Positions 8,057 to 18,384 are shown, counted from the stretch's first letter. The stretch is DNA of 64,000 nt from Limisphaerales bacterium (GCA_965227305.1 OZ245740.1:9302512-9366511); one strand, 5' to 3'. Program-made: numbers and translations. The notes: generated from the letters alone by a model not told the origin.

Positions 8057-9514
8057 TCAGAGTTCAAGGATTCGATAGAAGCGAGCCGTGGTCGTGGGAT
8101 CAACCGAAACTTCTACGGAGTGGGTTTCGCCATTTCCTTGAATTGGAGTGCCTTCGTCTTCCCAATCTCCGGATGCGATCACGTCGCGGGATTGCAGTTG
8201 GTAACGCTCGTCCGAGGCGGCAACGAATTCAATTGCGAGCCTGTCGGCGGCTATGCTTCGCGCCGTGAGATGGACGCCTTGCGGTTGGGGGGCATCGACT
8301 CGAAAGTGAAATACCGTCGTCTCACTGACCACGGTTTCGCCGCTGCTCTGAAGCTCACCGCTTGCTTCGAAACCTACGGCGTACGTTCCCGCCTGGGTGA
8401 ACGCCCAATTCATGTGGTAGTGTTCGCCAGCGATCAGATCTCTCGTGTCGTCACCGCTGATGCCGTCAGCGGAGTTGTAGTAGACCGTGGGAGTCCCGAA
8501 GACGTCGGTCTCGTATACGTAGAATTGTCCCGGTCCTTCAAAGCTTTTCATCGTGACTCGGAGTCGGTCATCGGCAAAGAGCCCGGGTGGCAGGTTATCT
8601 CCGGCGAGAGCCAGGAACAGTTTCTCTGGGATTTCGGCCTGGGGTCCCACCCAGACGGTCGTGCCCGGCGAGCCCAGAAACGCGAAGGCCGGATCGGCGG
8701 AGACGGTCACACGGCTGTTGGGTTTCACGAGGTAGAGGGCTTCATTGGCCTGGTAGGTTTCCTCTCTTGCGCCCCAAAATACTTCCAGCCGCAAGGTATC
8801 GTTGTCCCATACGATGGCTACGTCGGCATCTCCCTCATCCACCAGCACCGGGTCACAGGGTGGGACTGGAGAGACGTCGCCAACGGCGAAGCGGAACGTG
8901 GCCTCAGGGCTCGTCACTTGCTCGCCGCTTTGTAGCGTCCCTTCCGCTTGAAAGGTAACTTCATAGAGTCCCGGTGAACTGAAGGTCCAGTTCTGATGAT
9001 CGTGTCCACCGATGCCGAATGGAAGTGCATCCTGTTCATTAATGCCGTCGCCGGAATTTTGATACAGCTCAACGCTGCCTGAACTGTCTATCCCGTAGAT
9101 GGTGAAAAAGCCCGGGCCGTCCACCGATACGAGGCGTAGGTTCAAGCGATCGTTCCGGAATAGATTGGGGGCGATGCGTTCCCCCGAGACTCCGAGTAGG
9201 AGCACTCCGGTGCGTTCGATATGTGGAGCGATCCAAACCGGTGCGCCGGTCTCTCCGAGAAAGGCGAAATTGGGATTGGTGGGAATGGTGAGTTGGGTCG
9301 CGTCCGTGAGGTGGTAAACCGTCTCTTCCGGGGCGAGGTGGCCTTGCCCGGTCTCGGAGCCGTCGATGAAGAAGGTCCATTCGTCGTTTTCATACAGGAC
9401 TTCGATCGGGTTGTGGCCGGAATCGAGGATCAAGGGTTTTGTGGCTCCCCATGCGGTTTGGATGGCGATTAAAAAGGCGAAGGCGGTTTGGGTCGGTAGC
9501 GGAAAGGGTTTCAT
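8057..9514 (-). CDS. secreted protein with two tandem ~190-aa domains (possibly TIGR03769 / choice-of-anchor-M-like)
   Basis: Signal peptide MKPFPLPTQTAFAFLIAIQTAWG. An internal duplication has each copy ending in H-x-H-x-NW-x-F-x3-G-x-Y (GGHDHQNWTFSSPGLYEVTFQAEG; AGEHYHMNWAFTQAGTYAVGFEASG). The family name is recalled from memory and unverified. Confidence 0.7.
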   Translation of the reverse strand: MKPFPLPTQTAFAFLIAIQTAWGATKPLILDSGHNPIEVLYENDEWTFFIDGSETGQGHLAPEETVYHLTDATQLTIPTNPNFAFLGETGAPVWIAPHIERTGVLLLGVSGERIAPNLFRNDRLNLRLVSVDGPGFFTIYGIDSSGSVELYQNSGDGINEQDALPFGIGGHDHQNWTFSSPGLYEVTFQAEGTLQSGEQVTSPEATFRFAVGDVSPVPPCDPVLVDEGDADVAIVWDNDTLRLEVFWGAREETYQANEALYLVKPNSRVTVSADPAFAFLGSPGTTVWVGPQAEIPEKLFLALAGDNLPPGLFADDRLRVTMKSFEGPGQFYVYETDVFGTPTVYYNSADGISGDDTRDLIAGEHYHMNWAFTQAGTYAVGFEASGELQSSGETVVSETTVFHFRVDAPQPQGVHLTARSIAADRLAIEFVAASDERYQLQSRDVIASGDWEDEGTPIQGNGETHSVEVSVDPTTTARFYRILEL

Positions 9515-9566
9515 TGTTTATGGCTGTCTTAGAGATTTGTGGTCGGCGGTGTGTGCGGAGCCGTTT

Positions 9567-9596
9567 CTTGCCCAACGGCTCGCGGGTACGCTCGCC
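9567..9596. repeat. single REP-like element
   Basis: CTTGCCCAACGGCTCGCGGGTACGCTCGCC lies in the 106-bp gap between two minus-strand genes and is uninterrupted by the hairpin element. Confidence 0.7.
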
Positions 9597-9620
9597 CTAC
9601 CGGGGGGCTTCGTTGAGGCG

Positions 9621-10331
9621 TTACTGCGGTGGTTCGGCGAAGTTGTCCTTCTGATCGATCCGTTCCTTGAGCGGTGCAGCCTTGATGCCCTCGATATGGT
9701 TGTCGGCGAAGAGGTAGTTTGCACGGCCATTGAGACCCTCGTTGTCCGGTCCACCCGAGCGGTGTCGGTTGGGTTGGATATCGCTGAGCACGGATGGCCA
9801 ACCGTTGTTCCAGGCGCGCGAATGGGCGTGGTCCTTGAAAACCTCGGGTGGTGCGGCATCAGCAACTTCAAACAGGATCATGGTTGCCGTCGGTCGGGCG
9901 AACTGATCGAGGTTCCGTTGCGATCGAAGGACTTCTCCAAACGGGGTGATGAGATCCACGGCAGTGAATCCATTCAGCACGTACGTGGTCCCGCCGTTCG
10001 CGACTCGTTCGTGTCCGTGGCGGTCGGCGGGGCAATCACGTAGCTCATCGAGCGTACTAGTGTAGGGACTCAGTTCGTCGATCCATGATTCTTCGTGAGC
10101 GTCTATCCCGTGTCCGGGACCGGGTAGGATGCCGCGGTAGTCATCCGCGTACATCCGCATGGCGAGGCCGATCTGACGCATGTTCGAGCTGCAGCGAATC
10201 TGTTTCGCTTTGGCCTTTGCCGTGCTGAGCGCTGGCAAGAGTAGACCAGCCAAGATCGCGATGATGGCGATCACCACCAACAGCTCGATCAGAGTAAACC
10301 CTCGACGCCCCTTGAAGGTGTCTGGTTTCAT
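9621..10331 (-). CDS. prepilin-type N-terminal cleavage/methylation domain protein (pseudopilin-like)
   Basis: N-terminus [29 protein letters not shown], and a C-terminal [13 protein letters not shown] tail resembling DUF1559-type proteins common in PVC genomes. Confidence 0.8.
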   Translation of the reverse strand: MKPDTFKGRRGFTLIELLVVIAIIAILAGLLLPALSTAKAKAKQIRCSSNMRQIGLAMRMYADDYRGILPGPGHGIDAHEESWIDELSPYTSTLDELRDCPADRHGHERVANGGTTYVLNGFTAVDLITPFGEVLRSQRNLDQFARPTATMILFEVADAAPPEVFKDHAHSRAWNNGWPSVLSDIQPNRHRSGGPDNEGLNGRANYLFADNHIEGIKAAPLKERIDQKDNFAEPPQ

Positions 10332-10495
10332 AGATTGTGTATTATTGTAGTATTTTAGAAATGACTCCAGGCGGTCTGAATGTTGCAGACGAACTCGGAG
10401 TAGGTGCCCGGTGGCAATGCGGCGTACGGCTTGGTGCGAATCCAGCCCGGCTGTGTTAGCCGGTATTAGCCGATTGCGTTCGGGATGAGACGGAT

Positions 10496-11014
10496 CTAGA
10501 GAAGGTCCGTCAGGTAGGGGGGCGGTCGCGGGGCGCTGACCGGATCGAGAGATGAGACCGCGATTACGGACTCGGATCGGAGAATGGGTTCGAAACTCGT
10601 TGCCGGCGAACTTACTGGAGGCAGATCGGTCGTCGCCACATCCACCATCCCGGCGAGGAGTAACTCCGGCAGTCCGTGGTGTTCATGGTCGCCAGGATCG
10701 TGGTCTTTTTCCGGGGCTTTCGCATCAGAACCGGATAAATGAAGCGCATCGTTTTGTTGCCCGCTTTGCTGTTGGGTAGGGGTTTGAAGCGGGTGGGCCG
10801 TTTGCGGTTTGGAATGAAAGTGAACCTCCGCGAGATTCAGCGAGCCGTGACGAAGAACCAGGTGAAGGAACGGACTGTAATTCGTCAGCGCCCCGAGGAC
10901 TAGGGTGACCCCCAGTAGCCAGGCGAACGCGCGATCACTGATTCCACTATTTCCTTCCTGCCGATGCACGAGACTCAGTTTCGAGTGGCGATTTGGCTGG
11001 CCATGCTTGAACAC
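10496..11014 (-). CDS. hypothetical protein (one TM segment, His/Asp-rich stretch)
   Basis: 172-aa ORF on the same strand, 164 bp upstream of the pseudopilin gene, with TM-like [18 protein letters not shown] and [11 protein letters not shown]. There is no homology recognition, and the start is uncertain. Confidence 0.3.
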   Translation of the reverse strand: MFKHGQPNRHSKLSLVHRQEGNSGISDRAFAWLLGVTLVLGALTNYSPFLHLVLRHGSLNLAEVHFHSKPQTAHPLQTPTQQQSGQQNDALHLSGSDAKAPEKDHDPGDHEHHGLPELLLAGMVDVATTDLPPVSSPATSFEPILRSESVIAVSSLDPVSAPRPPPYLTDLL

Positions 11015-11340
11015 GAGCCAACCGTTTGAAGGTGCGGGTAGGTGGGGGTTCAGTCAATTCATTTCGATAGGCCTTGGATTTTGGACGCCGGAGTGATTTG
11101 CTGTAAAGAGATGGGGAGGCTTGTCGCCGTCTCATTGTAGAATTGACGTCAAGGGTAGCTTCGTCTTCAACCTGCTAGCCGTTCTGATGGGGGTGGCCGT
11201 TCAACCCGGAGCCTTTGGCTATTTGTGGGTCGAATTGCGGTAGAAGGCTTCCTCTACCGGTTTGCTTGGCCGGTATTGTTCGATTCTGCTCGAATCCGGG
11301 TGCCAGTCGTGAGCCTTGGCAAGTTTGCTGTGATCGTTTT

Positions 11341-12336
11341 TTAATCAGCCTCAGATGGGCTAGCTTCGACGCGCCAGCGGGGATCGATGACTTCGTTTGC
11401 GGGTTGGTAGCGGGCGTCGATGGAGAGTCTGAGACGGTTGCTTTGGTTGTCGAGTGCTCCGTGGAGCGTGAACCCGGAGAAAATGATGGCATCGCCGGCT
11501 TGGAAATGGGCCGTGAGCCAACGCCCGCCCAGTTCCTTCTGGGCTGCTTCGGGTTTCTTGGTGTACTGCCCGCCCCGGAAAAAACCGCCATGCTTGAAGC
11601 GGAGTCGAGTCGCGTTCTTACCCTCGGTTGCGTCCAGTCGGCAGTACTGCTGCCGCAGCCTCTCGCTCGTGTTGGAACCTTCCAGAACCATGATGGGGCC
11701 TCGTTCAAGGGGAACGTCTCCGACTGGAATCCAGATCGTGTGGATTCTGGGGGAGCCCTTACGGTGGTAGACGATGTCGCAGTGCGGGGCGGTGGCTCTT
11801 CCCGGTGACTTGACTCGAATCCAGGTGTGATCGATACACTTGGATTGGAATTGGAACAGGCTGCTGAACAGGTTTCGGATTTCGGCGGTGCGTGGGATGC
11901 GGCGAAGTTCGGGAAAGTTTCCGTTCTCGGGACGGAGATCGCTGACGAAGCCTGGGGCTGCGATGCCGTCTTCCAACGGGCGATTCGGATCCAAGGCGGT
12001 TTCCGTTTTCAACGCTTGGAGCAGTTGGCGGCGGGCTTCGATAACCGTGGATCGGTCGATGAGGTTGCGAAAGAAAAGATATCCGTGCGTGCTGAGTTTC
12101 GTCCGGAGTTCTTGAAAAGGATCGTCGAGTCTTGACTCCTCGAGTTCGCCGAACGCGTGCGGGGCGACGGTTAGGCGTCGACCGCAAGAAGTCACCTCTG
12201 TGGGTTGCGTTTGATGGGGGAAAGGAGTCACGATCTCACTTTGTAGCTGGGGAATGTATTCACGGAGGCTGGCATTAAGCCCTCGTGGGCACAGCCGCAT
12301 TGGGCGTATGGGTTCCGTTGCGTTTGCTCGGTGCAT
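11341..12336 (-). CDS. phytanoyl-CoA dioxygenase (PhyH) family Fe(II)/2-oxoglutarate oxygenase
   Basis: PhyH-like blocks: THGYLFFRNLI, RATAPHCDIVY (H-x-D), IWIPVGDVPLERGPIMVLEGS, FQAGDAIIFSGFTLHGALDN...R-x-S. The listed start overlaps the upstream gene by 62 nt, so a later start (e.g. GTG at 12231) is plausible. Confidence 0.7.
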   Translation of the reverse strand: MHRANATEPIRPMRLCPRGLNASLREYIPQLQSEIVTPFPHQTQPTEVTSCGRRLTVAPHAFGELEESRLDDPFQELRTKLSTHGYLFFRNLIDRSTVIEARRQLLQALKTETALDPNRPLEDGIAAPGFVSDLRPENGNFPELRRIPRTAEIRNLFSSLFQFQSKCIDHTWIRVKSPGRATAPHCDIVYHRKGSPRIHTIWIPVGDVPLERGPIMVLEGSNTSERLRQQYCRLDATEGKNATRLRFKHGGFFRGGQYTKKPEAAQKELGGRWLTAHFQAGDAIIFSGFTLHGALDNQSNRLRLSIDARYQPANEVIDPRWRVEASPSEAD

Positions 12337-13201
12337 TCACGGCGAGTACCGAACATTTTGGCTGTTTCACCACTGCCTCGGCCGTGCTGCCTAGGAGCAT
12401 TTGAGGCCAGGTGCAGTGCCCTCGCTTTCCGACGAGGATGAGATCGGCATTCCATTCTTCAGCGAATTCATTAATGCCTTGCCCCGTGTTGGCATGCTCA
12501 ATCACCTCCGTGAGGAATGGCTTTGAGATGGTAGCGGAAGCAAATTCTCTCAGTTTCCTGGAGATCGATTCTCGATAGGCTGTTTTTCGTTCTTCGGTGA
12601 TTTTGGGTAGCAGTTCGGAGGCGTAGTGTTTGCGCCAAGGTGGCGTAAAAACGTGGATCACGCAGACATGGCCCTGATCTAGTTCGGCGAGCTGCTCGGC
12701 TTGTTCCAGGACAGTTTTTGAATTCTCGGAGAAATCGATACAGGCGACGATTCGGGAGAAGCTTCCGGCCGTCTGTTGGTCGACCAAGAGGACGCGATCC
12801 GGACCTTTGCGCAAACACCGGACGGCCAGAGGGCTGGCGTTCGCATCCGGCTGGTCTTCGCTGTGCTCCCCGACGACCAGCAGGTCTGCCGCTATTTGCC
12901 GGGAGTAGGTGACCACGGATTCAATCTGAGTCCCCATTCTGACCTCAATATTGGCGTCGACCCGACGTTCGGCGAGGTGCTGTTCAATTCTTTCTTGGGC
13001 TGTTTGCTCCAGTTGCGATCGGATTTTGGTGGGGCTCGTTTCCAAGACTTCGGCCAGCTCGAAGGGGGTTCTTCCGTCGACGACATGGAGTGCGTGGAGC
13101 TGTGCTCGGGTGCGTTTCGCAAGTCGAGCGGCTTGCTCAAGGGCACGATTGGCACAGGGTGAGAAGTCCGTGGCGATGAGGATGTTTTCTAGTGATTTCA
13201 T
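12275..13201 (-). CDS. tandem-domain universal stress protein (UspA family)
   Basis: Two Usp-like halves: NILIATDFSPCANRALEQAARLAKRTRAQLHALHVV ... ADLLVVGEH, and RIVACIDFSENSKTVLEQA ... ADLILVGKRG...LLGSTAEAVV. Confidence 0.8.
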   Translation of the reverse strand: MKSLENILIATDFSPCANRALEQAARLAKRTRAQLHALHVVDGRTPFELAEVLETSPTKIRSQLEQTAQERIEQHLAERRVDANIEVRMGTQIESVVTYSRQIAADLLVVGEHSEDQPDANASPLAVRCLRKGPDRVLLVDQQTAGSFSRIVACIDFSENSKTVLEQAEQLAELDQGHVCVIHVFTPPWRKHYASELLPKITEERKTAYRESISRKLREFASATISKPFLTEVIEHANTGQGINEFAEEWNADLILVGKRGHCTWPQMLLGSTAEAVVKQPKCSVLAVNAPSKRNGTHTPNAAVPTRA

Positions 13202-13339
13202 AGTGGCGAGTTGTTAATCGCGAGAAAGAAATTACGAATAATTATTCGTAATATACAGAGGCAAATTGGAATGTCAAATCCAAATGCGATCGGGCATGGC
13301 TGAGCCATTCTCGATTTTTTTCCGGATGGTGGGGCGAGC

Positions 13340-13518
13340 GTACCAGACTGTGTAATAAGTCCTTTTCCACCTGCAGGTACGAGTGTGAAAGCGACAGCTC
13401 CGCTCTCGCACTCCAAAAAACGCTCGATATGCGGACGAAATTTGGAGTGCGAGAGCGGAGCTGTCGCTTTGGCCACCGCGATGGAATTGCCAACGTGATT
13501 TTATATACGGTCTGGTAC
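13340..13518. mobile_element. ~180-bp MITE-like hairpin element, copy 1, sitting inside a split REP
   Basis: Termini GTACCAGAC (13340-13348) / GTCTGGTAC (13510-13518). The core is a 30-bp perfect inverted repeat (13388-13417 / 13441-13470) with a 23-nt loop. It is flanked by REP halves GGCGAGC (13333-13339) and CCGCGAGCCG (13519-13528). A second copy in inverted orientation lies at 29426-29603. Confidence 0.7.
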
Positions 13519-13901
13519 CCGCGAGCCGTCGTCACAAGGGCAGCCGCTATCCCGGAAAAAATCCCCGCGCACAGCGGCAGGACCCCCGCTATCCGGAGGG
13601 CAGCCGGGGCTTCTTTAGCCGTTCACGCTCGCTCGACCTTTTCTGGCGCATCCCCGCTAGAGAAGAATTCGTTGGAAACCCGGTCGAGATGAGGCAGAGT
13701 AGGTGTGATGGAGTGGGACGGCTTGGAGGCTGCTGTTGCCTGCCAGAGCCGAGCGTGAAATGAACTGGGCGTGTGAAAAGTGCGGCGGGCCAAGTTTGGG
13801 ACGGCCTGACTGGGCCTGCATTGGCTCAGGCTGGTCTTGCTAGTGTCCTGAGGTCGCGCGTTTTTCTTCAACGGAAAAGGAAGTATCAAATACAGATCGC
13901 T

Positions 13902-15002
13902 ATGAAAATTGGGTTGCCGCGAGAGATTAAGAATCAAGAGCATCGCGTCGGAATGATACCGGCGGTGGTTTCGAGTCTGGTGCGTGAGGGGCACGAGGTG
14001 TTTGTGGAGACAGGGGCCGGGGATCGGGCCAGTTTTAGCGATTCGGCCTACACGTCGGCGGGTGCCACGCTCGTTCCCGCTGCCGCCGATGTCTTTGCCT
14101 CCGCCGAGTTGATTGTCAAGGTGAAGGAACCTCAACCGGAAGAGGTTGCGATGTTGGAAGCGCGGCACACCTTGTTCACCTACCTGCATCTTGCGGCGAA
14201 TCGGGCCCTGACCGAGGGCCTGCTTGCTAGTCGGTGTACGGCCGTTGCGTATGAAACCCTGTCGGTGCAGGGCCGATTGCCCCTTCTCGAACCCATGAGT
14301 GAGATCGCCGGGCGTATGTCCGCAATGGTGGGATCGTATCATTTAGCCAATCATCGGGGCGGCCGGGGCGTTTTGCTGGGAGGAGTGCCGGGAGTGGCGC
14401 CGGGACGCGTGATCGTCATCGGCGGCGGCACGGCGGGTGTGAATGCGGCTCGCGTGGCGACTGGCTTAGGGGCGGATGTCACGGTGCTGGAAGTTGATTT
14501 CGAACGGATGCGTTTTATTGATATCACGATGGATGGAACCCATACCATTTACTCCACACAGGCGAATATCTCGGATCTTTTGCCGCGTGCCGATTTGGTG
14601 ATCGGTGCCGTTCTGATTCCCGGTGCGGCCGCGCCTAAGTTGATCACGCGAGAGATGTTTCGGCTCATGGCGCCGGGGAGCGTTTTCGTGGATATTGCGG
14701 TGGATCAAGGCGGCTGTTCCGAGACGAGTCGGCCGACGACCCATGAGAACCCGACCTTCGTTGAGGAAGGCGTGGTGCATTATTGTGTGGCGAACATGCC
14801 GGGCGCTTTTGCTCGCACATCGACGCTAGCACTGAACAACGTGACGGAGCGTTGGATCCTACACATTGCCCGGGCGGGCATCCGTGAGGCATGCGAACAG
14901 CAGGTGGATCTTCGAAGTGCGGTGAATTGTCATCAAGGTGCCTTGACCTGCGGTCCGGTGGCGGAAGCGCATGGACTGACGGCATCTGAGTTGCAGTTTT
15001 AG
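13902..15002 (+). CDS. ald: alanine dehydrogenase
   Basis: The ATG at 13902 gives [21 protein letters not shown]..., the canonical Ald N-terminus, and the NAD fold [28 protein letters not shown]. At 366 aa the length is typical. Confidence 0.9.
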   Translation: MKIGLPREIKNQEHRVGMIPAVVSSLVREGHEVFVETGAGDRASFSDSAYTSAGATLVPAAADVFASAELIVKVKEPQPEEVAMLEARHTLFTYLHLAANRALTEGLLASRCTAVAYETLSVQGRLPLLEPMSEIAGRMSAMVGSYHLANHRGGRGVLLGGVPGVAPGRVIVIGGGTAGVNAARVATGLGADVTVLEVDFERMRFIDITMDGTHTIYSTQANISDLLPRADLVIGAVLIPGAAAPKLITREMFRLMAPGSVFVDIAVDQGGCSETSRPTTHENPTFVEEGVVHYCVANMPGAFARTSTLALNNVTERWILHIARAGIREACEQQVDLRSAVNCHQGALTCGPVAEAHGLTASELQF

Positions 15003-15025
15003 CGCTCGCCCACCTTTGTTTGTCC

Positions 15026-16600
15026 TTAGTCAGCGGGGTTCCGGAAGGCGTAGAGATCGAACATGGTGGCCACGTAGAGCGTTCGATTGGCGGCAACGGC
15101 GGTCGCGCTGATGGGGGCTCCGAAGTCGATCTCCGCTAACACGTTCCGCTCACGGCTCGCCGCGAATACCCAGAAGTCCCCACGCCGGGATCCGATGTAA
15201 ACCTTACCGTCGGCGACGAAAGGAGAAGCCCAGAATTCACCCCTTGCTTCGTGCCTCCACTGGAGTGCTCCGGTGACGGCGTCGAAGCAGTAGACGAATC
15301 GGCTGTTGTCGGCTTGGAACACAAGTCCGTCGACGACAGCAGGGGTGGAGAACACATGACGGCCGAGATCGGCTGACCACTTCTCCTGACCGCTTTCCGC
15401 ATCGAGGCATTTGAGCCAGGCGGCGTTCTTTCCCCACCACAAGTCGCCGCCGCCAGCCAGGTAGATGGATTGATCGTGAAACACGGGCATGCCGTAGAAA
15501 TTACTGGGACCTTCGCGCCGGTTCTGGTGGAAGCGGTGCACGTTCTCTTTGGGAGCCGTGGGGTCGTAGTCGTGACGCCAGACGCTTTCGAGGGCAACGA
15601 CTTGATCGGATTTTGGCTCCTTAGCTACGGGCGAAAATGCGTAGACCATTCCGTTGCCCGCACCGAAGAAAATGAGTGGGCTGCCGTCGACCACGCCCAT
15701 GGACGGAGCTGACCAGGTGCAGTGAAATATGTTGGGACCAATACCTTCTTGGTCGCGAGCGAGTAGTCGACCCGTGTGTTTGTCGAGCACGACAAGGCTG
15801 GGTGCCTGAGGTCTGCGAATCTGCTTGTGGGTATTGTCGACGCCGGTGCCGGTATTGAGGTAGAGGTGATCGCCGTGAATGAGGATTGAACTATGCGCGC
15901 CGTCATGAGGCCAGATGCCCGACTCTTCCACTAAGTCATGAATCCACAGAATATCGGCATCTAAAGACCCCGGGGTTAGAATGGGCCCGTCGGGTTCGAG
16001 ACGTTCCGGATTGATCTGTGCCCCCTTTTGCGGAGCGGGGGGACGCGCTGCGCTTGCAGGGGGCGTCATGTGACGGCCTTCATCCATGAAAGGACCGTCA
16101 TTGCCATCACTGAGCCCTGCCGCATCCAGACAGAGGACTTCTCCGCGATTGCTGACGACGTACACGCGATTCCCTTCAACGGTTACGGGGGAAGAGATGC
16201 CACTTTTGGGCCAGTCGAAATAGGGGTCCTCGCTCCGTTTGGGGACCACGAGTTGCCAGAGAAGGGAGCCGTTGGATTCGTTGAAACACATCACGACGCC
16301 GCGATCGCCGGAGTGTTTCAGGTCTCTGGGGTGGGCGTTATTGGTGCCGATGTAAACGCGACCATCGACGATAACCGGGGTCGCATGAGCCTCGGTGCCG
16401 AGTTGTGCTTTCCATTGCAGGAGGCGCGAGTTATTCGGATCCGGTTTGGTCGGGAGGTCGAGTTCGGACGATACCTGGTTGCGTCCCCAGGCTTGACCCC
16501 ACTGGGCCCGGTCGGCCGCCACGACGGTCGAGCTGGCAACATGCCAATACAAACCACTAGCGATGAGGAGGGAGAGCGAGAGTCTCGTTAGGCCCAACAT
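15026..16600 (-). CDS. secreted PQQ-like beta-propeller repeat protein
   Basis: Signal peptide LLIASGLYWHVASSTVVAA and repeated propeller blades (ATPVIVDGRVYIGT, SSPVTVEGNRVYVVS, GMVYAF, STPAVVDGLVFQ, ASPFVADGKVYIGS). Confidence 0.75.
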   Translation of the reverse strand: MLGLTRLSLSLLIASGLYWHVASSTVVAADRAQWGQAWGRNQVSSELDLPTKPDPNNSRLLQWKAQLGTEAHATPVIVDGRVYIGTNNAHPRDLKHSGDRGVVMCFNESNGSLLWQLVVPKRSEDPYFDWPKSGISSPVTVEGNRVYVVSNRGEVLCLDAAGLSDGNDGPFMDEGRHMTPPASAARPPAPQKGAQINPERLEPDGPILTPGSLDADILWIHDLVEESGIWPHDGAHSSILIHGDHLYLNTGTGVDNTHKQIRRPQAPSLVVLDKHTGRLLARDQEGIGPNIFHCTWSAPSMGVVDGSPLIFFGAGNGMVYAFSPVAKEPKSDQVVALESVWRHDYDPTAPKENVHRFHQNRREGPSNFYGMPVFHDQSIYLAGGGDLWWGKNAAWLKCLDAESGQEKWSADLGRHVFSTPAVVDGLVFQADNSRFVYCFDAVTGALQWRHEARGEFWASPFVADGKVYIGSRRGDFWVFAASRERNVLAEIDFGAPISATAVAANRTLYVATMFDLYAFRNPAD

Positions 16601-16817
16601 TGGGAGATGATTGAGGACGCGAACGATAAAGTCCAGAGCGAGTCCGCGCCCTCAAGATGGGCGAGAGCGAAGCTACTGGTTTCGCCCGGACCGCTGGGTT
16701 GGAGCCAACCGCCGATCGTCCAAGCTGGGGCCGCGATCCCAGATGGAATTGCGTTTTCCGAACTACACGCCGATAGTAGAGCCGAATCCTCCCTGGGACG
16801 CTGATTACTTTGATTCT

Positions 16818-18371
16818 ATGAAACAGTCGATCGTGAGTATGATTATGGGGCTCGGGTCCTTGCTGGCCATATTGCAGGCAGCGGATCGTCCCAACATCTT
16901 GTTCATCTATACGGATGATCAATCCCACCGGACGGTGAGCTGTTATCCCGAGGCCTTCGACGGGGTGCGGACGCCCCATATTGATTCCTTGGCTGCGCAG
17001 GGCGTTCGGTTCTCACGCGCTTATATCGGGGCTTGGTGCATGCCTTCACGGGCCACGATGTTGACGGGGTTGCATCAACATGGAATTGAATCCATGCGGA
17101 TGGAAGGGCGATATCCCGGGAGTGCCTACGACCCTGAGCAATGCCGTTTCTGGCCGAGCGTCTTTCGAGCGAATGGGTACACGACCGCTCACATTGGCAA
17201 GTGGCACACGGGCACGGACACGGGTTTTGGCCGTGATTGGGATTATCAGATTGTTTGGAATCGTCCGAAGTACCCCGAGAATGCACCCAACTACTACGAC
17301 AATCAATTGACGGTTGCCAATGGAGGTGAACCGCGGATGGTGACGGGGTACACGACTGACAATTACACGCAGTGGGCCGTGGACTACATTCATGGGAAGG
17401 GGCGAGAGCCCGGAAAACCCTGGTACCTCTGGCTTTGTTATGGTGCCGTCCACGGTCCGTTTACGCCCGCGGACCGGCATCGGGACGCGCTTGCAGAGAT
17501 GGAGGTGCCAATTCCTCAGGACGTTTACCCGCCGAGACCGGGGAAACCGGCCTATGTGGACCAAATGGCGTTTTGGGAACCCGGGAAGAAAGGTGCTCCC
17601 GTGGAAAGACAAGTCCGGGCCAAGGCGCCGGTAGGGATGAAAGATTTTCCGGGACGTTCGTTGCGGGACTGGGTGCGGCAGTATCATCAGGGTGTGTTGG
17701 CCATTGACGAGGGCGTGGGGCGTTTGTTGGCCGCGCTGCAGGAGAGTGGGCAGGACGAAAACACCTTCGTGGTCTTTACTTCGGATCAGGGATTTGCTTG
17801 GGGACAACACGGGTTTAAATCCAAGGTTGCGCCCTATGACGCCACCGTCGCGGCGCCGCTGATTGTGCGTCCCTTGCCACGGGATGCGGTTTATACCGCC
17901 GGGAAAGTGGTCGACGCTCCCGTGAGCGGCGTGGATCTCCCTCCGACGTTCTTCGCACAAGCCGGTCTGGAACTGCCCTGGGCGATGCATGGGGAAGACT
18001 TGAGCCCGTTGCTAACGCGAAGAGAGAGCCGGCGCGCGTCCGCCGCCATGTTGGTTCACACCGGGAAACGGTATGGTTCCGCCACGGATCGCATTCCTGG
18101 AATCGAGGATGCCGCTTTGTTTCATGGTCCGGGCGTGCCGTGGTACGTCATGTTGGCCCAAGGGAATTATAAGTATGTAAGAACATTGATTTCCGGTGAG
18201 ACGGAAGAGCTTTACGATCTCTCGATGGATCCTACGGAACTTAACAATCTCGCCGAGCAGGCACGGTATCGGGACTCCTTACTCCGATTTCGACAAGCGA
18301 CCCTGGATGAGCTGACGCGAACCAAGGCGGGCTTCGTCGGCGCGATGCCCAGGACCAAAGACATGCAGTGA
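16818..18371 (+). CDS. sulfatase (formylglycine-dependent, Cys-type)
   Basis: The ATG at 16818 gives signal peptide MKQSIVSMIMGLGSLLAILQA. PNILFIYTDDQ plus the C-x-P-S-R motif (AWCMPSRATMLTG), and FVVFTSDQG. Confidence 0.85.
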   Translation: MKQSIVSMIMGLGSLLAILQAADRPNILFIYTDDQSHRTVSCYPEAFDGVRTPHIDSLAAQGVRFSRAYIGAWCMPSRATMLTGLHQHGIESMRMEGRYPGSAYDPEQCRFWPSVFRANGYTTAHIGKWHTGTDTGFGRDWDYQIVWNRPKYPENAPNYYDNQLTVANGGEPRMVTGYTTDNYTQWAVDYIHGKGREPGKPWYLWLCYGAVHGPFTPADRHRDALAEMEVPIPQDVYPPRPGKPAYVDQMAFWEPGKKGAPVERQVRAKAPVGMKDFPGRSLRDWVRQYHQGVLAIDEGVGRLLAALQESGQDENTFVVFTSDQGFAWGQHGFKSKVAPYDATVAAPLIVRPLPRDAVYTAGKVVDAPVSGVDLPPTFFAQAGLELPWAMHGEDLSPLLTRRESRRASAAMLVHTGKRYGSATDRIPGIEDAALFHGPGVPWYVMLAQGNYKYVRTLISGETEELYDLSMDPTELNNLAEQARYRDSLLRFRQATLDELTRTKAGFVGAMPRTKDMQ

Positions 18372-18384
18372 CGATGGCATGCCA

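Noticed and set aside
7937-8935. Long antisense ORFs opposite well-supported genes. Examples are 7937..8935, 2958..4091, 17046..17990, 33522..34568, 52161..52883, 694..1341 and 11215..11808.
   Set aside because: These are typical shadow ORFs of GC-rich coding regions. The opposite-strand products have clear motifs (sulfatase, AceE, ECF sigma and so on), while these translate to low-complexity Arg/Pro/Gly-rich sequence.
13198-13535. ORFs across the hairpin elements that share SHSKFRP-x-IERFLECES-x-AVAF. These are 13198..13476, 13242..13535, 13429..13692, 29320..29556 and 29396..29701.
   Set aside because: They are reading frames through a 30-bp perfect inverted repeat present on both strands, so their similarity reflects the repeat rather than protein conservation.
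13536-13901. The 366-nt GC-rich region upstream of ald has the direct repeat CGCTATCC(C)GGA and was considered as a riboswitch or leader.
   Set aside because: I could not fold it into any riboswitch class I know. The repeats are short, and the region also borders the hairpin element.
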